Assembly: GCA_963817385.1 (NCBI GenBank)
Contig: CAWFOM010000001.1
Span: 1-64,000 of the forward strand
Direction: 5' to 3'
Source of the DNA: an uncultured delta proteobacterium
GTDB taxonomy: Bacteria; Desulfobacterota; Syntrophia; Syntrophales; UBA5619
DNA length: 64,000 bases
This document shows positions 58,040 through 64,000 of the stretch, one piece after another (position 1 is the first letter of the stretch; each line of letters opens with the position of its first letter). Position numbers and translations under genes: made by a program. The notes under the pieces are model-generated. The model searched no databases and had not been told where the DNA came from. It saw only the letters and a list, made by a program, of their open reading frames with translations.

Positions 58040-59738
58040 CTACAAGGCCGCTGCAAGACCCATAATGGCGCCGGACGGATCGCCGTGCAGGTGGAAGCGG
58101 ATCACGCGGCGGCCCGCGTTGACGAGGGCCTGCCGGTCGCCGAAGGCCTGCGCCGCCTTGAGGACGCCGAAGGTGAGCGCCGAGGCCGGAAGTCCAAGCT
58201 CATCGGGAATCGGCGCATCCCGGGGATCGTCCGCCGTCAGTTGGATGAAGAGGCCGCGGCCCGCGTCCCCCTTGTGGAGCTGGCCCGTCGAGTGGAGGAA
58301 CCGCGGCCCGTAGCCGACGGTCACGGCGATGCGGAACGCATCCCGGAGGCGCAGCCGGAGCCGTTCCAGCGCCGCGCCGGTTTCGGCGCAGGGTCGCAGA
58401 TAGGCCTGGATCGCCGCATAGGCGTCCGGCCCGGCTTGTCCCAGAAACGTGGCGAGCGCCGCCGCCGGAGTATCGGACGCGACATCGCCGTAGACGGAGA
58501 TGCCCGGCGTCTTCAGGACCGGCGCCTCCGGCGGCATCGCCCCTTTTTCCCGGTATTCGGCAATCATCTTCCGGGCAAGGATCTTGGCCGCCTCGACATC
58601 CGGCTGATCGAAGGGATTGATCGCCAGCCGCCAGCCCGCCACCACCGTGGCGATCTCCCAGAGGAAGCACTGCCCGCCCAGATCGCGGCGATCCGCCATC
58701 CACAGATCGATGACGGGATGGCCGGCTTCGGCGAGCGCCTGCAACTGCTCTTCGCCGGTCCGGTCCTCCCCGACCCGAAGCGCAACGAAGAGGCGGTCGC
58801 CGCCGTACGCCTCCGGCGGACCGAGGGGCTCACCCACAACCGGCAGGATGCCCTTCCCCTCTTTCCCCGTGCTCTCCGCGATGAGCTGTTCAATCCAGTC
58901 GCCGAAGGCCGCAATCTCCGGGGAAAAGACGAACGTGAGCTTGTCCCGGCCCCGTTTCGCCATTGCTCCCAGAAGGGCCCCGAGGAGGGCCCCGTCCGCC
59001 CCCTCGCGAGTGTCTCCCCGCGCAAACTCCCGCTCGGCTTCGACCGCGGCCCGTTCCAGGAAGCCCTTCACCTCCATCCCGATCAGGGCCGCCGGGACCA
59101 GACCGAAGAACGAGAGGGCCGAATAGCGCCCGCCGATCTCCGGGTCGTTCAGGAAGGTGTGACGGAAGCGGTGGGCGGCGGCGATCTCGGCCAGGGCGCT
59201 TCCGGGGTCGGTGATGGCGATGAAATGCCTCCCCGCTTCTTCCGCCCCGAGTCGCTTCAAAATGAGGTTGTAGAAGTACTTGAGCAAGTGAGAAGGTTTC
59301 CACCGTACCGCCGGATTTTGTCGAGACGATGAAAAGCGTCCGCTCTATATCGAGGCGCTCGGCCCAATCGAGGACGGCCCCCGGGTCCGTACTGTCGAGG
59401 ACGGCGAGATCGAGGAAACCCTCCGCCGTTCCGAAGATCCGCCGGAAGACCTCCGGGGCGAGGCTGGAACCCCCCATCCCCAAGAGGAGGGCGAACGCGA
59501 AGCCGTCGGCCCGGACGCCGTCGACGACCTTCCCGATCTCGGAGAGGCGCCCCATCATTCCCCGCGGGCTGTCGAGCCAGCCGAGGCGGTTCGCGATTTC
59601 TTCCGGCGCCGGCTTCCAGACGGTGTAGTCCTTCCGCCGGATCCGCTCGACGATCCGGTTCTCGCGTAAGGCCCGGAGGGCCTCATCCGCGGCCGCCCGG
59701 AAGGATTCCGGACGGAGCGCCATCTTCTGTGTCGCCAT
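58040..59738 (-). CDS. pgi: Glucose-6-phosphate isomerase (type related to the Tal/Pgi fusion domain); frameshift near 59290
   Basis: LGWLD, GMGGSSL and TKSGGTVET, then [38 protein letters not shown]. Confidence 0.88.
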
Positions 59739-59780
59739 GGCCGTATCTCCTCGCCTATCCGTTCCCATGGTGATGCCTTC

Positions 59781-59864
59781 CTCCCCTCGATCCCCTCCCG
59801 CCAGGGGAGGGGAGGACAACTCCGGTTAATCTCCTCGCCTCGACGGGGGCGGGTTAGGGTGAGG
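59781..59864. repeat. REP-like palindromic unit related to 45091-45153
   Basis: TCCCCTCCC-GCCAG-GGGAGGGGA followed by a degenerate CCTCGACGGGGGCGGGTTAGGGTGAGG. Confidence 0.55.
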
Positions 59865-59910
59865 GCGGAGAGGAAACTCCGGATGTCTAATGGTCGCGGC
59901 CCGACCGGCT

Positions 59911-61968
59911 TTACCGGCCAAGGAGGCGCCGCGCCGCCGCCGCGACCGCCTCGGCGGTAATCCCGAACTTCTCGTAGATCACCTTGTAGGGAGCGCTGGC
60001 GCCGAACCGGTCGATCCCCACAACGGCCCCATCAAGGCCGACGTAATGCTCCCATCCCAAGGAAACCCCTGCCTCGACAGCCACCCGCGCCCGAACAGCG
60101 GGGGGAAGGACCGCGTCCCGGTATTCCTGCGGTTCGCAGTCGAAGAGCTCCCAGCTCGGGAGCGAGACGACGCGGACGCGGATGCCCTTCGCGGCAAGCG
60201 CTTTTCCCGCATCGAGGGCGATTGCCACCTCCGAACCCGTCCCGATGAGGATTGTCTCCGGCACCCCCTGTTTCGACTCCCAGAGGACGTACCCCCCCCT
60301 CCGCAGGCCGGCCGCCGGATTCACCGCGGCCCGGTCCGGGGTGGGCAGGTTCTGGCGCGTGAAGACAAGGGCCGTGGGGCCGGAGGTGTTTTCGAGAGCG
60401 GCGCGCCACGCCTCCACCGTTTCGTTGGCGTCGGCCGGGCGGATCACCGTCAGGTTGGGGACCGCCCGCAGGTTCATCAACTGCTCGACGGGCTGGTGGG
60501 TCGGGCCGTCCTCGCCGAGACCGATGCTGTCGTGGGTGAAGACGTAGATCACCCGAAGCCCCATCAGGGCGGCCAGGCGGATCGCGGGCCGCATGTAGTC
60601 GGAGAAGGTAAAGAAGGTCCCGGTGAAGGGGATAATTCCTCCGTGGAGGGCCAATCCGCCGGCGATCGCCGCCATCGCGTGCTCCCGGACGCCGAAGTGG
60701 ATGTTCCGGCCGCCGTAGCCCCACTCGCCGCCGACGGCCCCCTCGCGGCAGGCAGGCAGATCGCCGGGTTTCTGGAAATCGCCCTGTCCTTTGAGCCAGG
60801 TGAAGGTGGAGGGGTTCAGGTCGGCCGATCCTCCCATCAGCTCCGGGATCGCCGGGGCGACGGCCTGCAGCACCACTTCCGAGATTTTGCGCGTCGCGAT
60901 TTCTTTCGTTCCCGATCCGTAGACGGGAAGTTTCGCCTTCCAGCCGGCGGGGAGTTCGCCCTTCATGATCCGTTTGAATTCGGCGGCCTCCTCCGGAGAC
61001 TCGAGGGCAAAGGCGGCAAAGGTCGCCTCCCACGCCGCTTCGCGGCCGGCGCCGGAGACCATGGCCCCGCGGTACATGGCGAGGGCCTCATCGGGCACGA
61101 AGAAGGGAGTATCCAACGGCCAGCCGAGATTCTCCTTCGCCGCCCGGACTTCATCGGACCCGAGAGGGGCGCCGTGGGCGGCGCTGGTATTCTGCTTTCC
61201 GGGCGCCCCGCAGCCGATGATCGTCCGGAGGCAGATGAGCGAAGGCCGGGTCGTCTCGGCTTTCGCCTCCATGATGGCGCGATCGACCGACGCGACGTGG
61301 TTGCCGTTCGGGACGGTAATCACCTGCCACCCGGCGGCGGTGAACCGGCCGTCGACGTCCTCGGTAAAGGAGAGGGCAGTCGATCCCGAAAGGCAGATCC
61401 CGTTGTCGTCGTACAGGACGATGAGCTTCCCCAGCCCGAGATGGCCGGCCAGGGCGGCGGATTCGGCGGTAACCCCCTCCATAAGATCGCCGTCGCTGGC
61501 AAGGACGTAGGTGAAATGGTCCACGATCCGGAGGTCGTAGAGGTTGTACCGCGCCGCCAGGTGGGCCTCCGCGATCGCCATCCCCACGGCCGCGGCGAAT
61601 CCCTGGCCGAGCGGCCCCGTCGTCATCTCCGTCCCGGGGGGATGGCGAAGCTCCGGATGGCCGGGGGTCCAGCTCCCCCACTGGCGAAAGGAGCGGAGAT
61701 CTTCGATGGAGAGATCATAGCCGGTCAGGTAGAGGAGCGCGTAGAGGAGCATCGATCCGTGCCCGGCGGACAGGACGAAGCGGTCGCGGTCGACCCACCG
61801 GGGATTGGCCGGATTGTGCTTCAGGTGCCCCGTCCAGAGGGTATAGGCCGCCGTCGCCGCCCCCATCGGCATGCCGGGATGGCCCGACTTTGCGTTCTCG
61901 ACGGCGTCCGCCGCCAGAAACCGAATCGCATTGATACACATCTCCTCCACAGTGCCTTGTCCGCCCAT
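59911..61968 (-). CDS. tkt: Transketolase
   Basis: [51 protein letters not shown]. Confidence 0.96.
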   Translation of the reverse strand: MGGQGTVEEMCINAIRFLAADAVENAKSGHPGMPMGAATAAYTLWTGHLKHNPANPRWVDRDRFVLSAGHGSMLLYALLYLTGYDLSIEDLRSFRQWGSWTPGHPELRHPPGTEMTTGPLGQGFAAAVGMAIAEAHLAARYNLYDLRIVDHFTYVLASDGDLMEGVTAESAALAGHLGLGKLIVLYDDNGICLSGSTALSFTEDVDGRFTAAGWQVITVPNGNHVASVDRAIMEAKAETTRPSLICLRTIIGCGAPGKQNTSAAHGAPLGSDEVRAAKENLGWPLDTPFFVPDEALAMYRGAMVSGAGREAAWEATFAAFALESPEEAAEFKRIMKGELPAGWKAKLPVYGSGTKEIATRKISEVVLQAVAPAIPELMGGSADLNPSTFTWLKGQGDFQKPGDLPACREGAVGGEWGYGGRNIHFGVREHAMAAIAGGLALHGGIIPFTGTFFTFSDYMRPAIRLAALMGLRVIYVFTHDSIGLGEDGPTHQPVEQLMNLRAVPNLTVIRPADANETVEAWRAALENTSGPTALVFTRQNLPTPDRAAVNPAAGLRRGGYVLWESKQGVPETILIGTGSEVAIALDAGKALAAKGIRVRVVSLPSWELFDCEPQEYRDAVLPPAVRARVAVEAGVSLGWEHYVGLDGAVVGIDRFGASAPYKVIYEKFGITAEAVAAAARRLLGR

Positions 61969-62235
61969 ATGAAGTCTCCTCTCGTCGTAACGGTTTGCCG
62001 TTGTGTGACGCCGGCGCCGCCCTGAAGATCCCGCGCACCGCTTCCCTTCGGGGAAAAGGCGTTTCGCCGACCTTTTAAGACACCGTTACTGTACAACAAC
62101 ACACCCCGATAGACAAGGAAATTGGCGGACCTTCCCGTTCAGACTTTTCATTGACACTGCAAATCGCATCTTATATATGATACCGACGTTTCCCTGCCGC
62201 TGTGCGGTTCGGCAAATCCACCAAGGTCGCGGTCC

Positions 62236-63533
62236 ATGAACATACTGCTCGTCAACCCTCCCAATGCCGGTCGCAGCATCCCGGAAGAGGAGTACGGGAT
62301 AACCTCCATCAAACAGATATTCCGGGGAGAACCCTTCAGCCTCGAGGTTGTCGCCGCTCCCCTGATCGCCCATGATGTCCTCATCGTGGATCTGAAGTGC
62401 GAAGGCGAAGAGTACCTCTGGCAGCAGTACGATCATTTCGCGCCCCACGTGGTGGGATTCACCGCCGTCACCTGCGAAGCAAATACGGTGCTTCGCCTTT
62501 CCGCGGAAATCAAACGGCGCGGGCAGAGCCGTAGTCGTCGTCGGGGGAAACCATGCAACCCTCGATCCGGCCTTCTTCAACCGGCCGGAAATCGATTACA
62601 TCGTGATCGGCCTCGGCAAGAGGAGCTTCTCGGATCTCGTGGATACGCCTCGCCGAAAACCGATCCGGCGACGGCATCCCCGGCGTTGCCAAGACCGCGC
62701 CCGGAAAGCCGCTCACCTTCACTCCCCGCCTCTACGGGCAGGACGACCTCATGGAGGAGTACCCCCCCCGCTACGACCTCGTGGAGAAATGGAGAGATCA
62801 ACTATGTGATCGAGCGGCTGGGCCTGCGGATGGGCTTCGTGGCCACGGCCGACGGCTGCACCCACCGCTGCTCCTTCTGCGCCATTCCGGAGATGACCGG
62901 GGGGCGCTACCTGACGCACACGGCGGAATCGGTCATCCGGGACAATCGGACTCCTCGGCGACATCCCCTTCATCAGGATGGTCGACGCCAACAGCTTCGG
63001 CGATCCGCGCGCCTCGGAGGAGCTCTGCGACGCGATCATCGCTTCGGGAATCAAGAAGCGGTTCTTCGGGGATATCCGGGCGGATACGATCGTCAGGCAT
63101 CCGTCGCTCCTGAAAAAATGGAAGGAGGCGGGGCTGTACGCCGTCGTTGTCGGCTTCGAGGAGCTGCAACCCGAGCGCCTCAGGACCGTATGACAAGAAG
63201 TACGCTGACGGCGCCATCGAGCAGGCCCTCTCCATCCTTCACGAGACGGGTCTCCTGATCGTCGGGGATTTTATCATCGCCCCCGACTACGGCGAGGAGG
63301 ATTTCCGGGCGGTGGAGGAGTTCATCGGGCAAAGCGGGATCCAGATCCCGGTCCTGTCCGTCCTCACCCCGATCCCGGGGACGCCCCTGTACGAATCCCT
63401 GAAGGACCGGATAACGATCCACGATCTGGACTATTATACGTTTATGAACGCCGTCATCCCGACGAGGATGCCGGAAAAGGCGTTCTACGCCGCTTTTTCG
63501 GATCTCGTCCGGCGGCTTCACAGCAAGGTATAA
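62236..63533 (+). CDS. B12-binding radical SAM protein; about 5 frameshifts (near 62525, 62648, 62800, 62945, 63188)
   Basis: ILLVNPP, VVVGGNHAT, GCTHRCSFC, VGFE, FII and LTPIPGTPLY pieced together across frames. Confidence 0.8.
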
Positions 63534-63558
63534 TAAACGGTGAGAAATGGAGAAACGC

Positions 63559-64000
63559 ATGGAGGTATACATCAACGACGTGGCCGCATTCCTGCCCAAC
63601 GACCCCGTCGACAACGACCATATCGAAGAGATCGTGGGACGGATCCACAGCCTGCCCTCCCGGATAAAACGGCGGATTCTGAACAATAACAAGATCGAAC
63701 GGCGTTACTATGCCATCGATCCCGCGACGGGGGCGCTCACCCACACCAACGCGCAACTGACCGCCCTGGCGATCAGGCGGTTGAACCCGTACCCCGGATT
63801 CACGCCGGAGGAGATCCAGTGCCTCTGCTGCGGCACCACCACGGCGGACCTGATCGCCCCCGGCCACGGTCTGATGGTCCACGGCGAGCTCGGGAATCCG
63901 CCCTGCGAAGTCATCTCCACCGCCGGGATCTGCCTCTCGGGGATCGCCGCCCTCAAGTACGCCTATATGAACGTCGCCCTGGGGCTCAGCGACAACGCCG
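63559..64000 (+). CDS. StlD/DarB-family beta-ketoacyl synthase III, runs off the window edge
   Basis: Hand translation MEVYINDVAAFLPNDPVDN..RILNNNKIERRYYAID..THTNAQLT..CGTT..PGHGLMVHGEL..GICLSG (catalytic Cys)..KY. Confidence 0.85.
   Translation, partial: MEVYINDVAAFLPNDPVDNDHIEEIVGRIHSLPSRIKRRILNNNKIERRYYAIDPATGALTHTNAQLTALAIRRLNPYPGFTPEEIQCLCCGTTTADLIAPGHGLMVHGELGNPPCEVISTAGICLSGIAALKYAYMNVALGLSDNA

Overview
GC-rich bacterial DNA whose gene content (PEP-CTERM gene with a sigma54 promoter, ADP-forming acyl-CoA synthetase, corrinoid enzymes, DarB-type KAS III) points to an anaerobic Desulfobacterota/Syntrophales-like organism; the taxonomy is inferred. Several conserved genes carry single-base frameshifts, which suggests an imperfectly polished long-read assembly. 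In order, the window holds: a pyrrolysine-free MtmB-type corrinoid methyltransferase module; orphan motAB; two head-to-head PbfA-like (aminophosphonate ammonia-lyase family) genes; a first PiT/DUF47 phosphate module; a TctABC / CoA-transferase / two QueG-RDH-like / MatB operon; a decayed MNT-HEPN pair; a PEP-CTERM gene; an operon of two non-canonical citrate-synthase-fold proteins with PiT, DUF47, a SauS-like acylating aldehyde dehydrogenase and two HADs; housekeeping genes; and a ~1.2 kb almost pure A/T foreign-looking block containing one GC hairpin. The best candidate for an undescribed system is an anaerobic, CoA-dependent (amino)phosphonate catabolic route via phosphonoacetyl-CoA. That is an inference from gene families and context, not demonstrated. 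All family assignments come from motif recognition and recalled sequences, not database searches. No rRNA, tRNA, CRISPR array or intact mobile element was seen.
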